DNA of 64,000 nucleotides from Flavobacteriales bacterium UBA7690 (GTDB taxonomy: Bacteria > Bacteroidota > Bacteroidia > Flavobacteriales_F > PHOS-HE28), in the NCBI GenBank assembly GCA_002482775.1, contig DLGQ01000109.1:47789-111788 (forward strand), in the 5' to 3' direction. The position numbers were made by a program, and so were the translations under genes. Under the pieces are notes generated by a model, which had not been told where the DNA came from, did no database searches, and saw only the letters and a program-made list of their open reading frames with translations. Below, in pieces: positions 1 through 8,571 of this stretch. Every line of letters begins with the position of its first letter. Positions within the stretch are counted from its first letter, which is position 1.

Positions 1-2
1 GC

Positions 3-1319
3 AAAGGCCGCAGCACCATCAAGGCGCAAGACCTCTGGTTCAAGATCCTGGAAAGCCAGATCGAGACCGGTACGCCGTACATCCTCTTCAAGGACGCGGC
101 CAACGGCAAGAGCAACCAGCAGAACCTGGGCACCATCAAGAGCAGCAACCTCTGCACGGAGATCATCGAGTACACCAGCCCCGATGAGGTGGCCGTGTGC
201 AACCTCGGCTCCATCGCGCTGCCCAAGTTCGTGGAGAAGGGCAAGTTCGATCACGACAAGCTGTTCACCGTCACCTACGAGCTGGCGAAGAACCTCAACC
301 GCGTCATCGACCAGAACTACTACCCGATCCCCGAAGCCCGTCGCAGCAACATGCGCCACCGCCCCATCGGCATCGGCGTGCAAGGCCTGGCGGATGCCTT
401 CATCCTGATGCGTTATCCGTTCGATAGCGTGGAAGCGAAGGTGCTGAACCGCGAAGTGTTCGAGACCATCTACTACGCGGCCCTCACCGCCAGCAAAGAC
501 CTCGCGATCGAAGAAGGCGCTTACGAGACCTACGAAGGCAGCCCCGTGAGCAAAGGCATCCTGCAGTTCGACATGTGGAATGTCAAACCATCGGATCGTT
601 GGGAGTGGGATGCACTGCGTGAAGAGATCAAGAAGCACGGCGTGCGCAACAGCTTGTTGCTCGCTCCGATGCCCACCGCCAGCACCGCACAGATCCTCGG
701 CAACAACGAGTGCTTCGAGCCGTACACCAGCAACATCTACACCCGCCGTGTGCTCAGCGGCGAGTTCGTGGTGGTGAACAAGTACCTGCTGCGCGACCTG
801 GTGAAGTTGAGCCTCTGGGGAGAAGACCTCAAGAACAAGATCATCGCCGCCAACGGCAGCGTGGCCAACATCCCCGAGATCCCGCAGAACCTGAAGGACC
901 TGTACAAGACCGCGTGGGAGATCAGCCAGAAGGTGATCATCGACATGGCCGCGGACCGTGGCGCTTTCATCTGCCAGAGCCAGAGCCTCAACATCTTCAT
1001 GGAGAACGCCAACTTCGGCAAACTCACCAGCATGCACTTCTACAGCTGGAAGGCAGGCCTGAAGACCGGCATGTACTACCTGCGCACCAAAGCCGCCACC
1101 GACGCCATCAAGTTCACCGTGGACAAAGCGAAACTCACACAACCCCAAGCGGAGCCGGTCACCCCGAGCGTAGCGAAGGGGATGCGCGAAGTGCAACCCG
1201 TACGCGAAGTGGTGATGAGCGGACCCGCCCCCAAAGCCATGACCGCCGAAGAAGAAGCGCAAGCGCAGATCACCTGCTCGCTGGATGATCCGGAGGGGTG
1301 TGAGATGTGCTCGGGGTAG
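3..1319 (+). CDS. nrdA: Ribonucleoside-diphosphate reductase class Ia alpha subunit, 5'-truncated by the window edge
   Basis: The frame is open from base 3 ([26 protein letters not shown]...). Motifs: [40 protein letters not shown] and C-terminal CEMCSG. Confidence 0.98.
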   Translation, partial: KGRSTIKAQDLWFKILESQIETGTPYILFKDAANGKSNQQNLGTIKSSNLCTEIIEYTSPDEVAVCNLGSIALPKFVEKGKFDHDKLFTVTYELAKNLNRVIDQNYYPIPEARRSNMRHRPIGIGVQGLADAFILMRYPFDSVEAKVLNREVFETIYYAALTASKDLAIEEGAYETYEGSPVSKGILQFDMWNVKPSDRWEWDALREEIKKHGVRNSLLLAPMPTASTAQILGNNECFEPYTSNIYTRRVLSGEFVVVNKYLLRDLVKLSLWGEDLKNKIIAANGSVANIPEIPQNLKDLYKTAWEISQKVIIDMAADRGAFICQSQSLNIFMENANFGKLTSMHFYSWKAGLKTGMYYLRTKAATDAIKFTVDKAKLTQPQAEPVTPSVAKGMREVQPVREVVMSGPAPKAMTAEEEAQAQITCSLDDPEGCEMCSG

Positions 1320-1345
1320 GAGTTGACCCCATCAATGAAACAAGG

Positions 1346-1375
1346 AAGAGCGGCTCGAGAGGGCCGCTCTTTTTA
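1346..1375 (+). terminator. Intrinsic terminator of nrdA
   Basis: AAGAGCGGC...GCCGCTCTT stem followed by a T run, about 26 bp after the stop. Confidence 0.8.
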
Positions 1376-1387
1376 CTTCGACTTATT

Positions 1388-2113
1388 ATGAAACTACCAA
1401 AGAGCAATACTGACCTCAGACGAGAGTTGGGGTTAATTGAAGAAATAAGGATTGGGTTTCGGTTCGTGAGGCAGGGACTACATGAAATCGATCGAATCCT
1501 TCCGGGTAACGATTTCTACCACCCGCCTGTTCAGTTTCTCGCCCTGGGTATCGAACGCATCCTGAAGTGCATGATTTGCATGCATCACAAGGAACTGACT
1601 GGGTCGTACCCTACGAGATCGGACAAGCCTTGGCCACTCGGCGCAAAGGGACATGATCTAATGGTGCTGAAGGGGACGGTTGTGAAGTTCTGCACAACCT
1701 TGCCAGGACCTGCAATTGGAGACTACAACTTGATCGCCCATGACAAACGTGTTGATGACCTTTTCGAACTGCTCTCCGCCTATGGAAAGGGTTCGCGTTA
1801 CTTCAACTTGGATGAAGTGTTGATCGCGGGAACTAACACTGACCCGATGCACGAGTATGATCGACTAACCGGCAATCTCGCATTAACGATTCATGGCAGG
1901 AAGATTCTGGACCAAATCACAAATCCGAAAACCAGGGAAGAGGCCTATCGAACGATTAACAAGGAATTGAAAGCACTGGTTGAGAGCATAATTCGCGCAC
2001 TGTCTCGGCAATTCATCTTTGGAAACTTTAGCAGTCAATCGAGAAGGTTCATCGCCGACCTAAGTCCTTTCTATAAGCTAGAGGATAAGAACCTCGGCGT
2101 CAACCACTATTAG
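1388..2113 (+). CDS. Hypothetical protein, HEPN-like
   Basis: 241 aa from ATG 1388. LALGIERILKC and KGHDL resemble the ExxLK and H-D-L elements of HEPN domains. AT-richer than nrdA. Confidence 0.6.
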   Translation: MKLPKSNTDLRRELGLIEEIRIGFRFVRQGLHEIDRILPGNDFYHPPVQFLALGIERILKCMICMHHKELTGSYPTRSDKPWPLGAKGHDLMVLKGTVVKFCTTLPGPAIGDYNLIAHDKRVDDLFELLSAYGKGSRYFNLDEVLIAGTNTDPMHEYDRLTGNLALTIHGRKILDQITNPKTREEAYRTINKELKALVESIIRALSRQFIFGNFSSQSRRFIADLSPFYKLEDKNLGVNHY

Positions 2114-2150
2114 TAGCTGCTTTGGTATGTGAGCCTTGGTCTAAGCCCCG

Positions 2151-2276
2151 TCTGCGCGTAGTGTGGACGATGTCTGAGTGTAGCCGCAGGCTACGCTCAC
2201 CAAGAACCGGAACATGGTAGCCTGTGGCTACCCTTGCGCCCACGGGCATGGTGCGTAGCTGCAGGCTAAGCGCAGA
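2151..2276. repeat. GTAG-hairpin repeat copy A (full length, three hairpins)
   Basis: Hairpins TGAGTGTAGCCgcaGGCTACGCTCA, GGTAGCCtgtGGCTACC and GCGTAGCtgcagGCTAAGC; the ends TCTGCGCGTAG and CTAAGCGCAGA are a 10/11 inverted match. Confidence 0.85.
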
Positions 2277-2437
2277 TCCGGTATTTCAGCTAATAGGATT
2301 GTGTCGAAAGCTGCTCACAATTCGAAACCGTCAGCGTAACTCCCCAACTGGTGCGGATCTTTGACCACTCTCTACCGAAAGTTTCCCGCGCTGGTTCTTT
2401 CTTTTGAACCGTGGCTCATGCTTGTTACCTTGCCAGT

Positions 2438-2839
2438 ATGGACCAATCGCGCTATTTCCACATACTAATGCACGTATCCACGTGGCCGGCTATGTACAGC
2501 GTGCAGGACGCAATGGATCTGTCCACATTCCTAACCGGATATCGGGCGGGTGCAAATGACGCCCGCTTGGAACGACTCTTGAGTGATCTAACAAACTTCG
2601 CTAACGAGAAGCTTCCATACAGTGAATCTCAAGTCGGTTGGAGCCATCTTGTGAAGGCTGGTAGTTGGGAGCGAGGTGGTTCCATCAAGCTCTTCAGGCA
2701 ATGGCTGGGACAAATGCTTGTTGAACAAGGACATTGGACCGATGAGCATTTTTTGATCTTCACTTCTGATAAAACGATCCCACCCGACACACGGAACTCA
2801 TTGCCGCCGCCACGTTATTCCGATCTGCCGCTTGAATAG
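2438..2839 (+). CDS. Hypothetical protein
   Basis: 133 aa from ATG 2438, preceded by a TACCTTGC -7-like box. The PAMY...FLTGY...W pattern resembles small uncharacterised helical proteins. Confidence 0.6.
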   Translation: MDQSRYFHILMHVSTWPAMYSVQDAMDLSTFLTGYRAGANDARLERLLSDLTNFANEKLPYSESQVGWSHLVKAGSWERGGSIKLFRQWLGQMLVEQGHWTDEHFLIFTSDKTIPPDTRNSLPPPRYSDLPLE

Positions 2840-3089
2840 TAGCCTTGCTGCCGCAAGCGGCTCTGAATCGTGGTGATTAACAAAGATTGAAAGACTAGGA
2901 GTGTTTTGTAGTCAACATGACACGAGCACAATTCTAGACCTGCGCAAGGTCTCTCAAAGAGGAATCCAGCTACCGCGAGCCTCTAACGCTGGTTCGGCCC
3001 CGACCATCCACCCGGCTACCGCGAATCTTTATCGGTGGATCGGATCTGTGATCCGGACCAAATTCGGAAAGGATTATACTCGTACTTGA

Positions 3090-3851
3090 ATGAGCATCGT
3101 TCGAGCAATAGCCTTCTTACTAGTCTATGCTGCCTTTCAAGCCGCATTCACGGCTACAATGATGTATGTATTCCCGAATGAGTTGGATATGGAATGGCAA
3201 CTGCTTTGCTATAGCGTGGTGCTTACGGTAGGGCTACTTTTCGTAACTCTTGGATCACGGGTCAGTTTTTCTGCTTGGTTCTTAGGTACTAAGAATAGCA
3301 ACAGTCTCCCTTGGCTATGGGTCGCAGCCCTGGGCATCATACTCGCCGCTAACCCGTTCAGTCACCTTGAGTTCTTTTATAGGACTAGCTCTCCTGCCCC
3401 AACATCGCTTGAAGTAGCCTTGCCCACAGTGCTTACCCTGTGCCTCTTCGGACCCTTGGCAGAAGAAATGTTCTTCAGAGGTCTTCTTTTTCGGGGCCTC
3501 GTACAACGCTATTCGCCATTTCTCTCGATGGTGATCGTGGCGCTACTCTTCTCCGCTATTCATCGATTGTCTTGGGCGACCACGCTCGATCATATCCTGT
3601 TCAGCACAGTTGTAACTGGGGTTTACTATGTGACAGGATCAGTTCTTCAGGTTGTGCTCTTGCATTCGATCAGTAACGCGGCTTGGGTGCTGCGGCGGAC
3701 CTATACTGTGGAGGTCAGAACTATACTCGATGGCCTGGGTTGGTGGTACATGATCTTACCTCTTGTCGGAGCGATGCTTTTTCTGGTCTACTTCAGGCGA
3801 TTTCACGTGCGGTCCCCGGCCTTTGGGCCGACCGTGCTCCAGCCGATCTGA
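3090..3851 (+). CDS. CPBP family (CAAX/Abi) intramembrane glutamic endopeptidase
   Basis: Multi-TM protein with EEMFFRG, FSAIH and LHSISN motifs. Confidence 0.9.
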   Translation: MSIVRAIAFLLVYAAFQAAFTATMMYVFPNELDMEWQLLCYSVVLTVGLLFVTLGSRVSFSAWFLGTKNSNSLPWLWVAALGIILAANPFSHLEFFYRTSSPAPTSLEVALPTVLTLCLFGPLAEEMFFRGLLFRGLVQRYSPFLSMVIVALLFSAIHRLSWATTLDHILFSTVVTGVYYVTGSVLQVVLLHSISNAAWVLRRTYTVEVRTILDGLGWWYMILPLVGAMLFLVYFRRFHVRSPAFGPTVLQPI

Positions 3852-3857
3852 AGCGCC

Positions 3858-3924
3858 GTCTGAGCGGAGCCTTCGCCTACGCTCGACGAGAATCGTAGCT
3901 CGGTAGCCTGTGGCTACCCTTGCG
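3858..3924. repeat. GTAG-hairpin repeat copy B (two hairpins)
   Basis: GTCTGAGCGGAGCCTTCGCCTACGCTCGACGAGAA...GGTAGCCTGTGGCTACCCTTGCG aligns with copy A and overlaps the 3' end of the 3914-4696 gene. Confidence 0.8.
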
Positions 3925-4696
3925 GCTCACCATCAGCCACCTCCTTACTCGCTGTTGCCCGTAGTGGCTTATTCGCCGCCTTGGCGATCACCTTGCGAGC
4001 CTCCTCGGCCTTTTCCCCTTCTACCACATCGCGCTTCAACACTTCGTTGGTCAACGAGGTCTTGATCTGTTCCGTCGTGATCTTGATGTCTGGTGATACA
4101 CGGCGCAACTCGCGGCGGATGGTCTCCAAACAGGCATCGCTCAGCACCACCGCGCTGAGGTAGAACCGGCTGAGCGCTTGTTTCTGTGCATGGTAGTCGC
4201 CCAAGGCAGAACGTTGCCAGCCTTCTTTGCACCAGAGGTAGAGATGGTCAAGATCACTTTCGGAGCGCACATCGATCTTGGTGAAGTCGAGGTCCACCAC
4301 CAACTCGTGCTGGATGGGTTTGGTGAAATGCACGTGGTACACACACCAGCGCAGACCCGTCGTGAGCAACACCCAATCCACCCCTTGGTTGGCGGCGTAG
4401 TCCACCGCTTGTTTGACGTGTTGGTCCTTCAGTTCAATGCCAACGGCTTTCACCTCGATCAGCGTGGTGAGCTTTCCATCCAGCTTGATCGCCAGGTCGC
4501 AATAGGTTCCACGGATGGCGTACTCGCTGGTCACCTCGAAGTACTTGTCGTACCCGAACACATCCGCGAGCATATCCTTGATGATGGTCACGGTATCGGT
4601 CTCCCCGACGTCGCGCAACTTGGCAGCCGCGAGGATGGGTTGATACCTTTTGAGACCAGCGATCAAGCGCTCAGCGACTTTCTTCGGGATTGCCAT
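3914..4696 (-). CDS. Type I restriction enzyme HsdR N-terminal-like (PD-(D/E)XK) domain protein, stand-alone
   Basis: ETDT, CDLAIK..IEVK, QAVDYA and LTTG motifs; no helicase domain. Confidence 0.85.
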   Translation of the reverse strand: MAIPKKVAERLIAGLKRYQPILAAAKLRDVGETDTVTIIKDMLADVFGYDKYFEVTSEYAIRGTYCDLAIKLDGKLTTLIEVKAVGIELKDQHVKQAVDYAANQGVDWVLLTTGLRWCVYHVHFTKPIQHELVVDLDFTKIDVRSESDLDHLYLWCKEGWQRSALGDYHAQKQALSRFYLSAVVLSDACLETIRRELRRVSPDIKITTEQIKTSLTNEVLKRDVVEGEKAEEARKVIAKAANKPLRATASKEVADGEPQG

Positions 4697-4736
4697 GGAA
4701 TGATGGGATGTACTGGTAAAGATGTGGAATTAAAGC

Positions 4737-4814
4737 TGCGCGTAGCATGGCCGCTATCTGACGTAGCCTGCGGCTACGCTCGACGAGAACTGGAACACGG
4801 TAGCCTGTGGCTAC
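4737..4814. repeat. GTAG-hairpin repeat copy C
   Basis: TGCGCGTAGCATGGCCGCTATCTGACGTAGCCTGCGGCTACGCTCGACGAGAACTGGAACACGGTAGCCTGTGGCTAC. Confidence 0.9.
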
Positions 4815-5467
4815 TCCATCACTTCTGAGCCGACAGTACCATTCAAGAGCAAATTGTCTGCACGTCTCCGCAACAATGCCGCATGTTCCATCTGCCGCAC
4901 TGCGATCTTCATTCGCGTTAGCCTTTCGATCACTGTGGCGAGAGGCACATGGTAGAAGGCTCCGGTTTCCCACGGAACCAGGGTGCCGGAATAGTCCGTC
5001 ACAGCGTTGTCGGTGGATAGATAGATGTCCAATTCGCCCTTCCGCATGGTAGCTACCTGTTCCATTAGGCGTTTGTGGTTTTCCAAATGCATGCGCAACG
5101 CGTGCGCGGAGTTCACGCCTTGCCTTGGTGCTGCAGGTTCTTCTCCTATGAGTAGCTCGGTGCTGGATCGATAGTCGTAGTAGGCATCCGCATCGGGTTC
5201 ATGGCTCCTTTCATCACGTCTATCTTCTTGGTCAGCGGCGGCGAACAACACGGCCTCGAGACGCTCGATGTATGCGACAGCCGAATCGGTGAGCACGATC
5301 ACAGAATCCGAAATGACGCTTTGTTCGGCCTGTTCCTTCTTCACAAGCGCGGTTACTCTAGAGAACTCTTGATGGCTCTCCATCATGTCCCACCACAGCA
5401 TCTCGTGTGTGTGTGAACATCCAGCGAGTAGAACCATGAACAAAGCAGGGAAGGCGATCCGAAGCAT
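4811..5467 (-). CDS. Lipoprotein resembling the GldM/PorM N-terminal domain
   Basis: LLAGC lipobox. WETGAFYHVPLATVIERLTRMKIAVRQME resembles the end of the GldM N-terminal helical domain. Start set at ATG 5467 because the longer ORF begins inside repeat D. Confidence 0.65.
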   Translation of the reverse strand: MLRIAFPALFMVLLAGCSHTHEMLWWDMMESHQEFSRVTALVKKEQAEQSVISDSVIVLTDSAVAYIERLEAVLFAAADQEDRRDERSHEPDADAYYDYRSSTELLIGEEPAAPRQGVNSAHALRMHLENHKRLMEQVATMRKGELDIYLSTDNAVTDYSGTLVPWETGAFYHVPLATVIERLTRMKIAVRQMEHAALLRRRADNLLLNGTVGSEVME

Positions 5468-5484
5468 GTCCGAAGGTATCCAAC

Positions 5485-5565
5485 TGCGCGTACCATGGCG
5501 CACTCGGAGTGTAGCCTGCGGCTACGCCTGACGAGGACTGTAGCATGGTAGTCAGGGGCTACCCT
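5485..5565. repeat. GTAG-hairpin repeat copy D
   Basis: TGCGCGTACCATGG...GAGTGTAGCCTGCGGCTACGCCTGACGAGGACTGTAGCATGGTAGTCAGGGGCTACCCT. Confidence 0.85.
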
Positions 5566-5592
5566 AGCTTTAGGGCATTAACTCGCCAGCGT

Positions 5593-6171
5593 TCACTGGA
5601 CATCAATTAGTTCTCCAGTAATGCGCAGCGGAAGGTCGGTGTCTAATTCGATTCGAGAGTGGACCTCATCGCCTTCCTGCTCGCCCTTGGAAGTGATGTA
5701 GAGCTTGATCCGGTTGACGGATTTCAGACGAGCCACAACTGCTGACGGGCCACGCATTAGCTCCCTACGGCTGATGGTCACCTCATCCTCGGGTTTTGAA
5801 GCATTCATTGCATGTTGCGCCATAAGACTATCACAGGTAAGCTCAAGAATGTGATTCGTCCAGAATCTGTTCTTTAGCTCGACTACCCACATCGAATCTC
5901 TACGACTCACATCAAACAACTCAAATCCCGTGAATAGGAACAACGGATTGTGCCTCATTTTATCTTGAAGAACGATCGTGAATGGATCATCCGAAGACTC
6001 AAACTCATTAATGCCGGGAAAGCGGCCGCGGAGATGATCGAGCATTTCTTCCCGCTTCGTCTGCCGTGCATTGATTTCTTCCCTAAGTGAATCGCTTTTC
6101 TTCTCCGAGCAAGCGATGAGGGCGAGACAGATTAGGATGAGCCAAGGTTGAGTCGACGATTTCGGGATCAT
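5593..6171 (-). CDS. Hypothetical lipoprotein
   Basis: 192 aa with LALIAC lipobox. Confidence 0.7.
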   Translation of the reverse strand: MIPKSSTQPWLILICLALIACSEKKSDSLREEINARQTKREEMLDHLRGRFPGINEFESSDDPFTIVLQDKMRHNPLFLFTGFELFDVSRRDSMWVVELKNRFWTNHILELTCDSLMAQHAMNASKPEDEVTISRRELMRGPSAVVARLKSVNRIKLYITSKGEQEGDEVHSRIELDTDLPLRITGELIDVQ

Positions 6172-6202
6172 GGGTTTTCAGCTAGTGTAAGCGAATTTAA
6201 AC

Positions 6203-6262
6203 CTGCGCAGGGTCGCTCAAGAGGCTACTGCATCCAAAGTCAGGACGATAGCCTTCGCTACC
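6203..6262. repeat. Highly degenerate GTAG-hairpin repeat copy G
   Basis: CTGCGC start, GGCTAC, and GATAGCCTTCGCTACC, which resembles hairpin 2. Confidence 0.4.
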
Positions 6263-6503
6263 TCGGCGGCTTGCATCGGCTGCACGGCGTATACCCAGCC
6301 TCCTTTGCCTCGGATAGTTCGACAGCGCGTTTGCTATGGCTCAGGTAGCTGCAGCTATTGCGGTGGTACTTCTCGCCGGTCTTTGTCACGTACACCGTTT
6401 CGCCGAGTGCGTGTTGGAAATGCGGTCGTAGGTGCAGTGTGCTCGGTCCCGCGAAGGCGGGGAATGCGAGGAGCAAAATGGAGAGGAGGAGCCAGCGTTT
6501 CAT
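6258..6503 (-). CDS. Small exported protein with an Ada-like metal-binding domain
   Basis: Signal peptide; VYVTKTGEKYHRNSC...EAKEAGYTPCSRC motif. Confidence 0.75.
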   Translation of the reverse strand: MKRWLLLSILLLAFPAFAGPSTLHLRPHFQHALGETVYVTKTGEKYHRNSCSYLSHSKRAVELSEAKEAGYTPCSRCKPPR

Positions 6504-6612
6504 GCCATTGGTATGGGTGATCGGTAGGGGGTCGAGAACAACGTGCGTTACTCTACGAAGCCCTGCTTCGAACCATAGCGCGGTATTGGATCATCGGGGA
6601 CCCAGTGCTTAG

Positions 6613-7629
6613 TCATTGGATGATAAAAGGCCGAGAAATGGAGCGTCCTTCCTTGGACCTGATCACGATGGTATGAACACCTACCGCCAAGTGCGCGATG
6701 TCAATGTTCACCGATCCCGAAGCGTTCCTCACCAGAGCAGTTGATCTCCCCAAGGCGTCAAAGAGATCAACGCTTGAACTATTGAGTTCCGTTCCGAGAG
6801 CGATCTCAATTGTTGAGGGGCTTGTTCGCCGGATCACGATTTCTCTATCCGTTACGGATACGTCAATACCAGTTTCGGCAACGATACAATCACCAGAGCG
6901 GTCCGAGACACAAACGTCGTCGAGATAGTAATAGGCATGACGATTCGGGTTCGAGAACTCTGCCCAACAGGGTTCGTAGCTTGGAGTGTCCGTGAAGAAC
7001 CGGCCGATCAGGAAGTGCGAATAGCTGCCGTCGGCAGTGAATGAGCCTTGGATGGTATACCAGCCCGAACTGTCCACTATCGCTTCATCAGCGAAGACGT
7101 GCGCAAAGTCCTGTACCACCGGAGGCCTTCCCACTGCTGGATAGTTGACGGTACCATGGTCGGTATCCACGAACAGAATACCTAGTTTATCCGTGTAGCA
7201 ACTACGGAGGCCACGATCAGCCAAGCTCACTTTGAAGGAAATGAAATACTCCGCTCCTGTGATCAAAGGTTGGGACAGCGTACCACCCACGATCTCGACA
7301 GGGAAATAGGGCGGGGTATCGAGAGGGTTCGGACCCCAGGCAATAAAGCCGCTATACCCGCTCCCACTGGCTGGCATTTGTTCTCCGGCAAAATTCGTTG
7401 GAACGGAAACTTCCCCTGTAGAGCAGGCGTGAAAGAAATCCCAGGAATTCATGTTGGTCGTCCAACTGCTACTGCAGTGGGTGTTGTGATACGAAAGAGG
7501 ACAGCACGAAGTATCCTCGAAGGATGGGTTTACTACCAAGTTCTGTGCGGGCAACACGAGCCAACCTAGTATCAGGGGAACGACCATGCAGCAAACACGC
7601 AAGTCTATGGGTCGATGAGGCAGGTTCAT
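6613..7629 (-). CDS. T9SS type A sorting domain protein
   Basis: AQNLVVNPSFED mature N-terminus, YYYLDDVCV, and a C-terminal domain with LFDALGR...IAHLAVGVHTI; start codon uncertain. Confidence 0.8.
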   Translation of the reverse strand: MNLPHRPIDLRVCCMVVPLILGWLVLPAQNLVVNPSFEDTSCCPLSYHNTHCSSSWTTNMNSWDFFHACSTGEVSVPTNFAGEQMPASGSGYSGFIAWGPNPLDTPPYFPVEIVGGTLSQPLITGAEYFISFKVSLADRGLRSCYTDKLGILFVDTDHGTVNYPAVGRPPVVQDFAHVFADEAIVDSSGWYTIQGSFTADGSYSHFLIGRFFTDTPSYEPCWAEFSNPNRHAYYYLDDVCVSDRSGDCIVAETGIDVSVTDREIVIRRTSPSTIEIALGTELNSSSVDLFDALGRSTALVRNASGSVNIDIAHLAVGVHTIVIRSKEGRSISRPFIIQ

Positions 7630-7686
7630 GGAACGGACAAGGTAGTATCCATAAGGTAGACCACTGCAGATCCTACATCAACTACA

Positions 7687-7727
7687 CGCAGTGCGGACGG
7701 CTTCTGAGCGTTGCCTAAGGCTACTCC
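7687..7727. repeat. Partial GTAG-hairpin repeat copy H (left half)
   Basis: CGCAGTGCGGACGGCTTCTGAGCGTTGCCTAAGGCTACTC aligns with the left half of copy A. Confidence 0.6.
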
Positions 7728-7733
7728 CTATCA

Positions 7734-7868
7734 GCGCGTAGCGTGGCCGCTATCTAAGCCTAACCGGCGGCTACACTCAACGAGAACTGGAACATGGTAG
7801 CCATCCTTACGGCAGGCAGGCCTGTGTTTACCCTTGCGCCCGCTAGCCTGGTGCGTTGCCACAGGCTA
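7734..7868. repeat. GTAG-hairpin repeat copy E (full length, with a 20-bp insertion)
   Basis: GCGCGTAGCGTGGCCGCTATCT...CGAGAACTGGAACATGGTAG[20 bp]CCTGTGTTTACCCTTGCGCCC...CACAGGCTA. Confidence 0.85.
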
Positions 7869-7964
7869 TGGAGAGCCTACGATGCTGCGCGTAGCCGCAG
7901 GTTTGCCTGCCAGAGGTATGGCTTCGCGCCGAGGCGGTACCAAGCCTCCACGTGCGTTGGAGGG

Positions 7965-8399
7965 TCATCCGAATGCCCCCACCGGGATCTCACCCGCCTC
8001 ACGCAATTGGACGAACTCATCCACGGTAAGGGTTTTGATGCGTTCGGCGATGCTGCGCGCGGGTTCGGCGCAATCGCGGTGCCAGGCGTAGATCGCGTTG
8101 TAGCGCAACCACGATGGTTGCTCGTTGGGGCCGCCATATCGAGCGATGATCACCAGGTCGTTCTCGGCCGGTGTGTGGTGGTCGTAGCGAAGGCCTAGCG
8201 TGTGCAAGGCGTGGAGGCGCTCGGTCAACGGTCCACGGTCATCGGAGGCGAGGCGGAGCAGTTCGGCATCTTCCTGGTCGGCCCATCGGATGGGGTCGAA
8301 GTCGAGATCGGCTTTGGCTTGTATCAAGCCACCAGGGTAGCGAAGTTCCAGGGCGGCCTTCACCACGAGCAGGGTGTAATGGGCAATAGTGACCGGCAT
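7965..8399 (-). CDS. Hypothetical protein
   Basis: 144 aa from ATG 8399 (MPVTIAHYTLLV...); the longer ORF starts in repeat F. Confidence 0.6.
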   Translation of the reverse strand: MPVTIAHYTLLVVKAALELRYPGGLIQAKADLDFDPIRWADQEDAELLRLASDDRGPLTERLHALHTLGLRYDHHTPAENDLVIIARYGGPNEQPSWLRYNAIYAWHRDCAEPARSIAERIKTLTVDEFVQLREAGEIPVGAFG

Positions 8400-8440
8400 G
8401 CGATGAATGTAGGAATTTGCAATGGTGGGTGCACGGTGAA

Positions 8441-8557
8441 TGCGCGGCAAAGGGCATCCGCTATATCGGCGTCGCCAGAGGTTTCGCTCCACGAGAGACG
8501 GAACATGGGTGCCTGTGTGGCTGCCTCGTGCCCGGTAGCATGGGCATAGCCACAGGC
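8441..8557. repeat. GTAG-hairpin repeat copy F (full length, diverged)
   Basis: TGCGCG...CCGCTAT...CGCTCCACGAGAGACGGAACATGG..GCCTGTGTGGCTGCC...GCATGGGCATAGCCACAGGC aligns with copies A and E. Confidence 0.75.
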
Positions 8558-8571
8558 ACACGCGGCGATGA

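Noticed and set aside
3..1319. Intein or intron in nrdA
   Set aside because: The visible part is continuous around the catalytic motifs; the Pro/Ala-rich stretch is only a linker before the C-terminal Cys pair
2151..8557. CRISPR array interpretation of the repeats
   Set aside because: The repeats are long and diverged and are separated by whole genes rather than 30-40 bp spacers; no cas genes
2151..8557. Canonical integron or CALIN
   Set aside because: No conserved RYYYAAC...GTTRRRY ends or single long attC stem, and no tyrosine recombinase in the window. An IntegronFinder run would settle it.
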